Positions 1 to 10,161 of a DNA stretch of 64,000 bases are shown one piece after another (within the stretch, counting starts at the first letter, position 1; every line of letters starts with the position of its first letter). The notes beneath the pieces are model-generated. The model worked only from the letters and a program-made list of their open reading frames with translations, was not told the origin of the DNA and made no database searches. The DNA is taken from assembly GCA_044220955.1 (NCBI GenBank), contig JBGAQA010000001.1, positions 134,992 through 198,991 on the forward strand, given 5' to 3'. The translations under genes were made by a program, and so were the position numbers. This DNA comes from Sandaracinaceae bacterium (lineage in GTDB: Bacteria; Myxococcota_A; Polyangia; Polyangiales; Sandaracinaceae).

Positions 1-158
1 GCGTCCATCGCGCCCACGTCGGAGAGCGCACCCGCGTCCGGATCCCGCCACGCGTCCAGCGCGTTACCGTGGGTGTCGTCGGCGTAGCGCGAGATGGCCG
101 GCGTCGAGCACCCGAGCGCGAGGGCGAGGGCGCTCGCGACGGCCGTCTTCGAGGTCAT
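1..158 (-). CDS. Lipoprotein, N-terminal part (runs off window edge)
   Basis: ATG at 158 overlaps the TGA of the MOSC gene (ATGA). Reads MTSKTAVASALALALGC (lipobox), then a DAG-rich linker, open to position 1. Confidence 0.6.
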   Translation of the reverse strand, partial: MTSKTAVASALALALGCSTPAISRYADDTHGNALDAWRDPDAGALSDVGAMD

Positions 159-1000
159 GCGGGCGTGTTAGCACGCGCGTCGAACGCGGGCGGCGGGGCG
201 CGCTCCGTCACCGCGACGGCGTCGCCCACCGCGATCTCGCCCGTCTCGTCGGGGACGAGGTTCACGCCGAACCAGACGCCCCCGTCGCGCCGGCGGAACG
301 TCGCGAGCGTCCGCAGGGGCTCTGCGCCCGCGCGCGCCGTCGCAGGATCGATCGTGGTCATCACGCACCGGTCGCACGCCTTCGGAGCGCGCATCCGCAC
401 GCCGCCGATCGCGATCGCCGCCCAGCCGTCCTCGTCCCACGCCGGCGCGCCGCGCACGACGACGTTCGGGCGGAAGCGGATCATCGGAACGCGCGCGCCG
501 CCGCGAGCTTCGATACGCGCGCCGAGATCGTCGAGCGACTCCTCGCACGCGACCAGCAGCGGATAGCCGTCGGCGAAGCTCACCTCGTCGCCGGCGCGTG
601 CGAAGCGGGACGCGCTCGGCGAGGGAGAGCTGTCCGGCAGGTGAACGACGCGTACGGGGCGAGCGAGGTGCGCGCTCATCCACCCGCTCGCCGCCGCGTG
701 CGCGACGCCCGTCGCCGCTCGGCCCCACGTCGTGGTCGGCACGCGCGCGCCGTCCTCGGTCGTCACGGGGATCGACACGGCGCCCGCTTCGGGCGCGGAC
801 AGGGTGATCGTCTCGGTCGCGAGCGAGACGTCCACGAGCGCGAGCCGCGGCTCCTCGCGCTGGGTGATGAACCTGCCCGCCTCGTCGACGACCATCCACC
901 GGCGATCCCGCGAGAGCCCGCGCTTCTCCACGCGCGCGCGCTCGATCGCGATCCCCCGGCAGCTCTTCACCGGGTAGAGGGTGATCCCGACCAGCTCCAC
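155..1000 (-). CDS. MOSC domain-containing protein (YcbX/mARC-like)
   Basis: Motifs YPVKSCRG, DRRWMVVD, FADGYP, RFRPNVVV and CDRCVMTT. Confidence 0.93.
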   Translation of the reverse strand: MELVGITLYPVKSCRGIAIERARVEKRGLSRDRRWMVVDEAGRFITQREEPRLALVDVSLATETITLSAPEAGAVSIPVTTEDGARVPTTTWGRAATGVAHAAASGWMSAHLARPVRVVHLPDSSPSPSASRFARAGDEVSFADGYPLLVACEESLDDLGARIEARGGARVPMIRFRPNVVVRGAPAWDEDGWAAIAIGGVRMRAPKACDRCVMTTIDPATARAGAEPLRTLATFRRRDGGVWFGVNLVPDETGEIAVGDAVAVTERAPPPAFDARANTPA

Positions 1001-1013
1001 GCTCGACCCGCGC

Positions 1014-2318
1014 TCAGGTCTGGGTCTGGTTGAACGGAGAGGGATAGAGCCCCAGGCGCATCGTCGACTTCTGCCCGGTGCCCGCCGACGTCGTGGCCTC
1101 GTGGAAGAGGTAGAAGTCGTCGAGCCGGAGCGAGAGCGTCTGCGCGAGGCGCCAGAGGAATTTCGTGGCGAGCACGGAGTCTTGCTGCAGGAGCGCGTAG
1201 AACTGCGGGCGATCGAGCGCCAGCAGGCGGCACTTGGTCTCGGCGCGCACCGTCGCCGAGCGCGGCCGCTGGCTGAGCAGGGCCATCTCGCCGAAGTGGC
1301 TCCCGGCCGCGAGCGCGGCGACGGGGAGCGATCCGCGCTCGACTACCATCTTGCCCTCGACGAGCACGAAGAGCGTCTCGCTGATCTCGCCCTCGTGGAT
1401 CACGATCTGGCCGGCGTCGACGTCGAGCGGCTGGAACGCGTTGCCGATCCGCACCAGCTCCGTCATCGAGCACTCGACGAAGAGCTCGATGTTCGAGAGC
1501 GCGTCGAAGCGCGCGTTCACGAGCGTCATGCGCTTGGTCTCGGCGGTCTTCTCCTCGAAGGACACGCTCTGCGCGCGCAGCACCACGTTCGTGATGTTGT
1601 CCTGGCCGCCGCGCTCGTTGGCGAGGCCGATCAGCTTCTTCGGGACGTCGGTGATCGCCGCCGCACCCACGATCGCGGGCAGCTCGCCCCCGTCGCCCAG
1701 GTAGCCGTGGAGGCCGTCCGAGCAGAGCATCAGCGTGTCGCCGTCGAGGATGTCGAAGATCAGCGTGTCGACGATCACGCTCTCGAGCGGGCCGACGGCG
1801 CGCGTGATGATGTTGTGGTGCGTGCTCTCGCGCGCTTGCTCGGGCGTCATCATCCCGTAGCGGATGGCCTCCTGCAGGAAGGTGTGGTCCTCGCTGAGCT
1901 GGTGCAGGTGCCCGGCGCGCACGAGGTAGAGGCGCGAGTCGCCCACGTGGCCCATCACGCCCTTGCCGCCCCGGACCATCACGGAGACGAAGGTCGTCCC
2001 CATGCCCTTCTTGCCCTTCTCCGCCTGGCCCATGCGGAAGATGGTCTGGGACGCGTCCTCGATCGCCTCACGCAGGAGCTGGGCCGCACGCTCGAGCGGG
2101 AGCTCGCCGCGGTCGACCTTGAAGAGCTCGTCCTTCTTGGCGCGCAGCAGCGACTGGACGTGCGTCGCCGCGGTCTTGGACGCGATCTCGCCGGCCGCGT
2201 GGCCGCCCATTCCGTCGCAGACGACGTAGAGCCCCAGCTCGGTGTCGACGAGGAAGTAGTCCTCGTTCAGCTGGCGCTCGCGCCCGACGTCGGTCTCTCC
2301 CACAGCGGCGATCTGCAT
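1014..2318 (-). CDS. PP2C/PPM Ser/Thr phosphatase fused to a C-terminal cyclic-nucleotide-binding domain
   Basis: PP2C motifs TDVGRERQLNED, VCDGMGG, HVGDSR, CSDGL and GGQDN; cNMP motif FGEMALL...RSATVRA. Confidence 0.93.
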   Translation of the reverse strand: MQIAAVGETDVGRERQLNEDYFLVDTELGLYVVCDGMGGHAAGEIASKTAATHVQSLLRAKKDELFKVDRGELPLERAAQLLREAIEDASQTIFRMGQAEKGKKGMGTTFVSVMVRGGKGVMGHVGDSRLYLVRAGHLHQLSEDHTFLQEAIRYGMMTPEQARESTHHNIITRAVGPLESVIVDTLIFDILDGDTLMLCSDGLHGYLGDGGELPAIVGAAAITDVPKKLIGLANERGGQDNITNVVLRAQSVSFEEKTAETKRMTLVNARFDALSNIELFVECSMTELVRIGNAFQPLDVDAGQIVIHEGEISETLFVLVEGKMVVERGSLPVAALAAGSHFGEMALLSQRPRSATVRAETKCRLLALDRPQFYALLQQDSVLATKFLWRLAQTLSLRLDDFYLFHEATTSAGTGQKSTMRLGLYPSPFNQTQT

Positions 2319-2396
2319 ACGGACGGCAAGAGTGCCGGATCCGGACGCATCGCCTCAAGCCCCGTGGGGCGGCGCGTGCCAGACTCGCTCCCGTCC

Positions 2397-3053
2397 ATGA
2401 CGCGAGGCGCCATCACGCTCCTGCGCTACCGCGGGATCCCCGTTCGTGCCCACTGGTCGCTCCCGCTGGTCGCCCTGCTCATGGGAGGCCTGCGCTTCGC
2501 GCCCGGCGCGTGGATCGGCTGGCTCCTCGTGGTGCTGCTGCACGAGATGGGGCACGCGTTCTGGGCGCTGCGCTACCGGATGGAGGTGCGCGAGATCCTC
2601 TTGCACGGCCTCGGCGGGCACTGCGCGTACGTGGGCATGCCGAGCCCGCGCCAGCGCGCGGTGGTGGCCTGGGGCGGGGTGATGGCGCAGGCGATCGTCT
2701 TCGCGATCGCCCTGCCCGTCTCGCGCCTGGTCCCGGCCGCGAACGAGCACGTGGCCGATCTCTACGGCGTGCTCGTCGCGAGCAACCTGTACGTGGCGCT
2801 CTTGAACCTGGTGCCGATCCCGCCGCTCGACGGAGCCGAGGCGTGGAAGCTGGTGCCGATGATGCTCCGCGGCGAGCCGCCCGTGCGGCGGGTCGAGATC
2901 GCGCGGGCACGCGCCGCGGCCACGCCCAAGACGCTCGGCGAGGCGGTCGGGCCGGTCGACGCGGGGGCCGTGCGCGACACGGTGCGCCGCGCGCTCGAGG
3001 AGGCGCGGCGGGATTCGCGCGAGCCGGGCGACGACGGATCCCGACGGCGCTGA
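2397..3053 (+). CDS. Site-2 protease / M50 family intramembrane metallopeptidase
   Basis: HEMGH and NLVPIPPLDG motifs with hydrophobic segments. Start placed at ATG 2397 inside the long 981..3053 ORF. Confidence 0.88.
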   Translation: MTRGAITLLRYRGIPVRAHWSLPLVALLMGGLRFAPGAWIGWLLVVLLHEMGHAFWALRYRMEVREILLHGLGGHCAYVGMPSPRQRAVVAWGGVMAQAIVFAIALPVSRLVPAANEHVADLYGVLVASNLYVALLNLVPIPPLDGAEAWKLVPMMLRGEPPVRRVEIARARAAATPKTLGEAVGPVDAGAVRDTVRRALEEARRDSREPGDDGSRRR

Positions 3054-3110
3054 CGCGGACCCGTCACGAGTTTGGGCGAGCCCGCGTTTCGGGGTACACG
3101 ACGAGGCGCC

Positions 3111-4159
<1,049 letters not shown>

Positions 4160-4163
<4 letters not shown>

Positions 4164-5101
4164 GGTCCACCTCCACGGCGCTCTCGCTCGCGCTCTCACT
4201 CCCGCTCTCGCTCTCGCTCTCGCTCGCGCTCCCGCTCCTCGCCCTGGCCCAGGACGACGCGCTCGCACGCGGCCGGGCGGCGAGAGAGCGGGGCGAACAT
4301 GCCGAGGCGCTCGCTGCCTTCGCCGAGGCCTGGACCGCGGGCGCCGCCCCGATCGCCCGCGCCGAGATGGCGCTCGAGGAGCTCGCGCTCGGTCGCTACG
4401 TGCTCGCCGAGACGCACGCGACCGAGGCGCTCGCGTTCGCGGCCGATCCCGCGCTCGCCCCGGTCGCGGAGGCCCTCGCCGCCGCTCGGGACGCCGCGGG
4501 CGCGCACCTCGGCAGCCTCGAGATCGCCTGCCCCGCGGGCTGCACGATCTCCGTCGATGGCACCGCTCTCGGCGTCGCCCCGCTGCCACACCTCGTCCGG
4601 GTCGAGGCGGGCACGCACGCGCTCCACGGAGAGCTCGCCGGCCACGAGCCCGCCGACGCGAGCGTCGACGTCGCGGCGGGGGCCCTCGCCCGCGCCACCC
4701 TCGAGCCGCGCTGGATCGACGATCGACCCATCCTCGAGCGGACGGGCGAGGCCGGCGAGGGTCAGCGGATCGCCGGGTGGACGGCCGTCGCGCTCGGCGG
4801 CGCCGCGCTCGTGATCGGCGCGGTCGCTCTCGGCGTCGAGCTCGACCGCGACGCGTTCCTGCGGAGCGAGGCGTGCGCTCCGGGGGCGCCGACCGAGTCG
4901 CGCGAGGGCCGCTGCCCCGACGCGGCGTCCACGCGCGCCACGTACACCGACGTCGCGCGCGCGCTCCTGCTCAGCGGCGCCGTGCTCGGCATCGGCGGGC
5001 TCGTCCTCTTGCTGACGGCGCCTTCGTCCGACCCGCAGGGCGCGAGCGCCCGGTGCGCTCCCTCCTTCGCGCCGGGCTTGGTCTGTCAGGTCGCGTTCTG
5101 A
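4160..5101 (+). CDS. PEGA-domain membrane protein with an N-terminal TPR-like region
   Basis: ATGA overlap with the upstream gene; signal peptide; ISVDGTALGVAPL...RVEAGTH (PEGA); two C-terminal hydrophobic helices. Confidence 0.75.
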
Positions 5102-5133
5102 CCCCCGGTCGGCTCACGCCCCTGAGAAGTCAA

Positions 5134-5275
5134 AGGCTGTCGCCAAAATCGACGACGGCCGCGGGCACGATCGGGCGGCCGCGCGCGACGCGCGGTGTGC
5201 CTCGCGAGGAGCGAAGCGACGAGTCGGAGCGAGGGGTGAGACGCATCCGGCTCCGCCGGTGCGTCGAGGGCCCTG
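5134..5275. repeat. Dispersed structured repeat, copy A
   Basis: Shares GTGCC(T/G)CGCGAGG...GAGTCGG and a bulged-T hairpin (5240-5265) with copies near 33.4, 46.3 and 52.8 kb. Confidence 0.85.
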
Positions 5276-5283
5276 CAAACTCA

Positions 5284-5739
5284 TCAGTACTTCGCGAGCT
5301 TGACGGCCACGCTGGACCAGCTCGAGCCGAGCGCGTCGTCCGCGGTCGTGTACACGATGCACTCCTCCTTCGAGTTGTGCTGCTGGATCAGCATCATCAG
5401 GGTGTCGCCGTGATCGAGCAGGGCGTCGAGCTGGCCTGCGCGCACGCACGCGGCCATCTGCGCGAGCAACGCGCGCATCTGTCGGTGCTCGTGCAGCATC
5501 ACCGCGATGGGGCCTGCCCCACCCATTCCCGTCGCGACGTCCAGCGCCGGGAAGAGCACGTCCTCTTCCATGCGGAGGTGCCGGTCCATGGCGTCCTCGA
5601 ACGCCTTCCACGCGGTCGCGCTCGCCGCCCGGTCCCCCGAGCTCGCCACGCGCTCGACCGCCACCCAGAGCTCGTCGCACCGCTGATGGTCGGGCACGAA
5701 GAACGCGCTCGCTCCCGCCTCGAGATCGGCTCCAGGCAT
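5284..5739 (-). CDS. Hemerythrin (HHE cation-binding) domain protein
   Basis: DHQRCD, RHLRMEEDVLFP, HEHRQM and QHNSKEE; GGAGG RBS 7 nt before ATG 5739. Confidence 0.9.
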   Translation of the reverse strand: MPGADLEAGASAFFVPDHQRCDELWVAVERVASSGDRAASATAWKAFEDAMDRHLRMEEDVLFPALDVATGMGGAGPIAVMLHEHRQMRALLAQMAACVRAGQLDALLDHGDTLMMLIQQHNSKEECIVYTTADDALGSSWSSVAVKLAKY

Positions 5740-5776
5740 CGCAGTTCCTCCGGCGTCCGCTAGATTGGGTGAGGTC

Positions 5777-6232
5777 ATGTCGAGGGTACCTACACACGCT
5801 TTGTCCGTGATCGACTTGCGCGCGATCACCTGGAGCGACGAGCGCGCGATGGCGCACGCCAGGTCCGCGGTGGCCGAGCTCGAGCCGGATGGGATGCTCG
5901 AGCTCGTGGTGCCGCGCGAACCGAGGTCGCTGCTCGACGCCCTGCGCGAGGCCGGGTGCGAGGCGCGGAGCACCCCGGAGCCGGACGGGTCGTGGTCCGT
6001 GCAGATCGGCAGGCCACGGCTCCAGGCGTTCGCGGACCTCTCGAGCCTGCCCGCGCCCGAGCCGCTCGAGCGCCTGCTGGAGGCCGTCGTCGGCCTGCGC
6101 GCGGGCGAGGTGCTCGTCGCGCGCCTGCCGCGCGACCCGGTGCTCGCCAAGCCCCACCTCGAGGCGCGCGGGGTGGCGTGGCGGGTGAGGCTGCGACCCG
6201 ACGGCACGGCACTGGTCTGGATCCGCCGGTGA
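5777..6232 (+). CDS. Tandem DUF2249 (TusA/SirA-like) domain protein
   Basis: Two DUF2249-like units, e.g. DLSSLPAPEPLERLLEAV..L.AGE....LPRDP. Start uncertain (5777 or 5807). Confidence 0.72.
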   Translation: MSRVPTHALSVIDLRAITWSDERAMAHARSAVAELEPDGMLELVVPREPRSLLDALREAGCEARSTPEPDGSWSVQIGRPRLQAFADLSSLPAPEPLERLLEAVVGLRAGEVLVARLPRDPVLAKPHLEARGVAWRVRLRPDGTALVWIRR

Positions 6233-7521
6233 CCTTCGCCGGCATCCGTCCCGAGCAAGGACCGCCCCTCTCGGTCCCGGTGAGCTTCTTCCTCACCGCA
6301 CCGCTCGCGCTCGCGGCCGCCGGGGTGCTGCTCCTCGCGCGCGGCGCCGATGGCCTCGCGAGCCTCTCCGGGTCGACCGCGGTCGCGCTCGTCCACCTCG
6401 GCACGGTCGGGATGCTGCTCTTCGTGATGCTGGGCGCGCTGTACCAGGTGCTCCCCGTGGTGGTGGGCGCGGTCGTTCCCTGGATCCGGGCCGCTCACGT
6501 CGTGCACCTCGCGCTCCTGGTGGGCTTCACGTCCCTCGTCTACGCGCAGGCGCGCGTCGACGGGCGCGCGTTCGGCCTCGCCGCGGTGCTCGTGAGCTCG
6601 GCCGTCGCGCTCTTCCTCGTGCCGGCGGGCATCGCCGTCGCGCGGAGCGAGGTCGAGAGCGCCACGGCGCGCGGGATCGCGCTCGCGCTCGTCGGCCTGC
6701 TCGCCGTGGTCGTCGCCGGCGTGCGTCTGGCGTCCGTGCGCGCGGGGCTCGCGGTGACCGACGACTGGCAGGCGCTGCGCGCAGCTCACGCGCACGTCGG
6801 CTTCCTCGGCTGGGTCGGGGCGCTCGTCACGTCCGTGTCGTGGCAGGTGCTACCCATGTTCTACTTCGCGGCACCCCCGCCCGGCGTGGTCTCGCGCGTC
6901 ACCTCGATCGGCATCGCGACCTCGCTGATCCTGCTCGCCGTCGCGCTCTTCGTGACCGTGCCCGTGCCGGTCGCCCTGCTCGCGCTCCCGGGCGCTCTGG
7001 CCGTCTGGCTGGTGCATCCTCTCTGGGCGCTCGCGTCGCTCCGGAAGCGCAAGCGCCGGCGGCCCGACGCGACGCTCTCGTTCTGGTGGCTGGGCCTCGG
7101 CGTGGCGCCCGCCTGCCTGCTGCTCGGGGCGCAGACCGCGTGGGGCGACGACCCCCGCGGGCCGCTGCTCTACGGGCTCTTCGTGCTCTGGGGCTGGGCG
7201 GGCGCCATCGCGCACGGGATGCTGATGCGCATCGTCCCTTTCCTCGCGTGGCTGCACTGGTGCGCCCCGCGCCTGGGCCAGGCGGCCCACGTGCCGAGCG
7301 CGAAGGAGCTCCTGCCGGACCGGGAGGTCCAGGTCGGGCTCGCGCTCCACGTGCTGACGCTCGCGCTCGGCGCGGCGGCGATCGTGACGGGCCATGCGCT
7401 CGCGTGGCAGGCGCTCGGCGTCGGGCTCCTGGCGACGGCCGCCGCCCTCCTTCGCTCGATGCTCGCCGCGCTCTACCGCGCATCGCGCGAGGTCGCCCCG
7501 CCCGCCGGGGCAAGGGCCTGA
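6229..7521 (+). CDS. Polytopic membrane protein (about 12 TM, His-containing) typical of DUF2249 clusters
   Basis: GTGA overlap; motifs HLGTVG..GALYQVLPV, AHAHVGFLGW and GMLMRIVPFL.W. Confidence 0.75.
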   Translation: MTFAGIRPEQGPPLSVPVSFFLTAPLALAAAGVLLLARGADGLASLSGSTAVALVHLGTVGMLLFVMLGALYQVLPVVVGAVVPWIRAAHVVHLALLVGFTSLVYAQARVDGRAFGLAAVLVSSAVALFLVPAGIAVARSEVESATARGIALALVGLLAVVVAGVRLASVRAGLAVTDDWQALRAAHAHVGFLGWVGALVTSVSWQVLPMFYFAAPPPGVVSRVTSIGIATSLILLAVALFVTVPVPVALLALPGALAVWLVHPLWALASLRKRKRRRPDATLSFWWLGLGVAPACLLLGAQTAWGDDPRGPLLYGLFVLWGWAGAIAHGMLMRIVPFLAWLHWCAPRLGQAAHVPSAKELLPDREVQVGLALHVLTLALGAAAIVTGHALAWQALGVGLLATAAALLRSMLAALYRASREVAPPAGARA

Positions 7522-7669
7522 CCGCGCCGCATCACGATCAGCCCGGCTACTTAGCGCCCTCTGCCGATCTCGCTCGCCACTTCATGCACGCTCGCGCGCG
7601 CCGCCAGGCCCGTGGGCTCGCGCCCCGCTGCCCACTGGCGCTTCGACCTGCGGAAGGTAGGGTCGCGCG

Positions 7670-9127
7670 GTGCGCATCGACGTCGCGAAGGCCGCCGAGA
7701 TCGCCCGCGCGGCGCGCATGACGGGCGCCCTCTTCGTCGCCGCGGCCGTCCTCGCGACGCTCGTGGCGCTGGCCGGAGCGGCGGTCACTCTCGCGGCCGT
7801 GCTGGCTCAGCAGGACCGCACGCTCGCCCTGCGCGTGGCGACCGGCGCGTGCCTCTTCTTCGGCGGCGTGGTCCTGCCGGGCCTCGGCGGGGTCACGGCG
7901 ATCGTCTTCGGCGTGGGCGCGTTGCGGCGCGCCGCCACGGTCGAGGCGCTCGCGTCCGTGGCGCGCGACGGGACGCTCGACCGGAGCGCTCTCGAGGCGC
8001 GGCTCGGTCGCGAGGGGAGCCTGCGCGCGATCGCCGAGGCGAGCGAGCGCGGCGCCGTGGTGCCCGACTCCCCCCCGTCCGCGAGCGACGCCGCGCGCAT
8101 CGGCCCGCCGAGCCCGCGCGTCGTGATCCCCGAGTCGGCGTACACCCCGCGCCTGGCCTCGACGCTCGGGCTGGCCGCGACGTCGCTCGCGACCCCGAGC
8201 GTGCGCCCTGCGCCGGCGCCGGACGAGAGCCATCCGCAGACGCGCACGCCGGGTCCGCGCAGCACCGCGCCGCGCGCGCTCGTGCTCGAGCTGACCGGCC
8301 GCACGCTCAAGGACACGTGGGTCGTCGAGCGCCGCCTCGCCAGCGGCGGGATGGGGACCGTCTACGTCGCGCGCCACGCCCGCACGGGACGCCGCTACGC
8401 GCTCAAGACGCTGCTCCCGAGCGCACAGCTCTCGGAGAGCGCGATCGCCCGCTTCGAGCGCGAGGCGCGCGCCGCGACCCGGATCGGCCACGCGGGCATC
8501 GCCGCCGTGCACGACTTCGACGTGACGAGCGAGGGTCTGCACTACCTCGTGATGGATCTGCTCGTGGGCGAGTCGCTCGAGGCGCGGCTCGCGCGCGTCG
8601 GCCGGCTGCCGTGGCCGGAGGCGCGCGGCGTCGCGCTCGAGATCGCGGACGCGCTCGACGCCGCACACCGCGCCGGCGTGCTGCACCGTGACGTGAAGCC
8701 TTCGAACGTGTTCCTCTCGGCACGCGAGGGCGCCGCCGAGCGCGCGATGCTCGTCGACTTCGGCCTCGCCAAGCCGATCACGTCGGAGCGAGGCGCCTCG
8801 GTGACGCGCACCGGCGCGATCGTCGGCACCGCGCACTACATGGCGCCCGAGCAAGCCCGCGGCGAAGAGGTCGACGCGCGCACGGACGTGTACGGGCTGG
8901 GCGCGACGCTCTACGAGATGGTCGCCGGCGTGCCGCCGTTCCTCGGCGCGAGCCCGTTCGCCGTGATGGCGATGCTCCTCGAGGAAGCGCCCGTCCCGCC
9001 GAGCGCGCTCGCGGCGGGTGTGCCGCCGGCGGTCGACGCGCTCGTCCTGCGCGCGCTCGCGAAGGGGCCTGCCGATCGCTGGCGAGACGTGCCGACCATG
9101 CGCGCGGCCATCGAAGCCGCCGCCTGA
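7670..9127 (+). CDS. Ser/Thr protein kinase with N-terminal TM helices
   Basis: SGGMGTVY, ALK, HRDVKPSN, DFG and YMAPE. Confidence 0.92.
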   Translation: MRIDVAKAAEIARAARMTGALFVAAAVLATLVALAGAAVTLAAVLAQQDRTLALRVATGACLFFGGVVLPGLGGVTAIVFGVGALRRAATVEALASVARDGTLDRSALEARLGREGSLRAIAEASERGAVVPDSPPSASDAARIGPPSPRVVIPESAYTPRLASTLGLAATSLATPSVRPAPAPDESHPQTRTPGPRSTAPRALVLELTGRTLKDTWVVERRLASGGMGTVYVARHARTGRRYALKTLLPSAQLSESAIARFEREARAATRIGHAGIAAVHDFDVTSEGLHYLVMDLLVGESLEARLARVGRLPWPEARGVALEIADALDAAHRAGVLHRDVKPSNVFLSAREGAAERAMLVDFGLAKPITSERGASVTRTGAIVGTAHYMAPEQARGEEVDARTDVYGLGATLYEMVAGVPPFLGASPFAVMAMLLEEAPVPPSALAAGVPPAVDALVLRALAKGPADRWRDVPTMRAAIEAAA

Positions 9128-9145
9128 CCATCGCGGGCGATCGGC

Positions 9146-9457
9146 TCAGGAGCCCGCGCGCTCGCGCAGGCTCGTCGGCTCCGTCGCGACGCCGCCGCCC
9201 TCCCCCGCCTCGCGCATGATGTCCGCGGCGCTCGGTCCGGCGGGCGCCTCGTCGGACGGCGCGGGCGCCGCGGACGGCGGTGGCGTCGACGGCGGTGGCG
9301 TCGACGGCGGCGGCACGGACGACGGCGCGGCGGGGGCCGACGACGGCGCGACGGTCGTGGGCGCGGCGGCCGGCGCAGGAGGCTCCGCGGGGGCTCCGCA
9401 GCCGAGCAGGACGACGAGGCACACGGCTCGAGCGCGGGACGTGACGGCGGCGATCAT
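9146..9457 (-). CDS. Small Pro-rich putative lipoprotein
   Basis: Lipobox LLGC followed by PPSTPPPST repeats; short and low complexity. Confidence 0.45.
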   Translation of the reverse strand: MIAAVTSRARAVCLVVLLGCGAPAEPPAPAAAPTTVAPSSAPAAPSSVPPPSTPPPSTPPPSAAPAPSDEAPAGPSAADIMREAGEGGGVATEPTSLRERAGS

Positions 9458-9549
9458 CACGGCAGTCTACGTCGAAGGGCACCGAACGAGAAAAGCCCAC
9501 CGCCTCTCGGCGATGGGCCCTCTCGCGACCGGTGGAGGTCGGACGGAGC

Positions 9550-9879
9550 TCAGCAGTGCCGGCCCATGCCGCCCGGATCGTACGGATCGCTGTCCGAGCA
9601 CGAGCGGCAGCCGCAGCCGCCGGGGTCGCGCGGATCGCTGTCCGAGACGCCGCGGCACGGGTAGCAGCCGCCGCCACAGTGGCGGCCGTACCCGCCCGGA
9701 TCGTACGGGTCGCTGTCCGAGCACTCGGTCTGAGCGCCCTCCTGGCCCGCGACGGTGCCCGTGATGCCGACCGCGGCCACCGCCACCATGCCCGCTCCGA
9801 GCAGACCCATCGTCCCGCGACGGCTCACCGCGCGATGGGTCACGATCTCCTCCATCGACAACGTCTTCTTCTCGCTCAT
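9550..9879 (-). CDS. 109-aa twin-arginine-signal peptide with three SDSDPxDPGG repeats and 8 Cys (candidate RiPP-like precursor)
   Basis: Strong RBS GAGGAGG 5 nt before the ATG; SRRG followed by a hydrophobic stretch; near-identical 16-aa units at 9676-9723 and 9553-9600. Confidence 0.85.
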   Translation of the reverse strand: MSEKKTLSMEEIVTHRAVSRRGTMGLLGAGMVAVAAVGITGTVAGQEGAQTECSDSDPYDPGGYGRHCGGGCYPCRGVSDSDPRDPGGCGCRSCSDSDPYDPGGMGRHC

Positions 9880-10161
9880 GCCTTCCTCCTCCTCGAACTT
9901 CGTGTTCACCACCGGACCCCGACACGAGCCCCGGCTGGACGACTTCCCCTACCGGACCCGGTTTCCTCGCCGCCCGTCGTGATGGCACAGGCGTGCGGCG
10001 TGCGACGATCGAACATCACACGCTATTCACACGCAACAGCGAAATGAGAGTCGACCTCGGGAACAGTCGAGAACGATTCCCAACAACACCCGTGGGAGAA
10101 TCCGGCCGACGTGCGCGCGTAGTACAAGTCGCTCTCCGACCCGAAAGGATCCCGTAGCCCC

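Noticed and set aside
5801..5829. Two FNR/Crp-like boxes (TTGTC-N4-ATCGA and TTGCG-N4-ATCAC) near the hemerythrin promoter
   Set aside because: Only 7/10 matches each, and they lie within probable DUF2249 coding sequence.
9553..9723. Regularly spaced ~30-bp DNA repeats resembling a mini CRISPR array
   Set aside because: The repeats are in frame with synonymous third-position variation inside a CDS with a strong RBS, and there are no cas genes.
9983..9998. Sigma54-like TGGCAC...TGC in the peptide/JmjC intergenic region
   Set aside because: The GG-to-GC spacing is 9 nt rather than the required 10.
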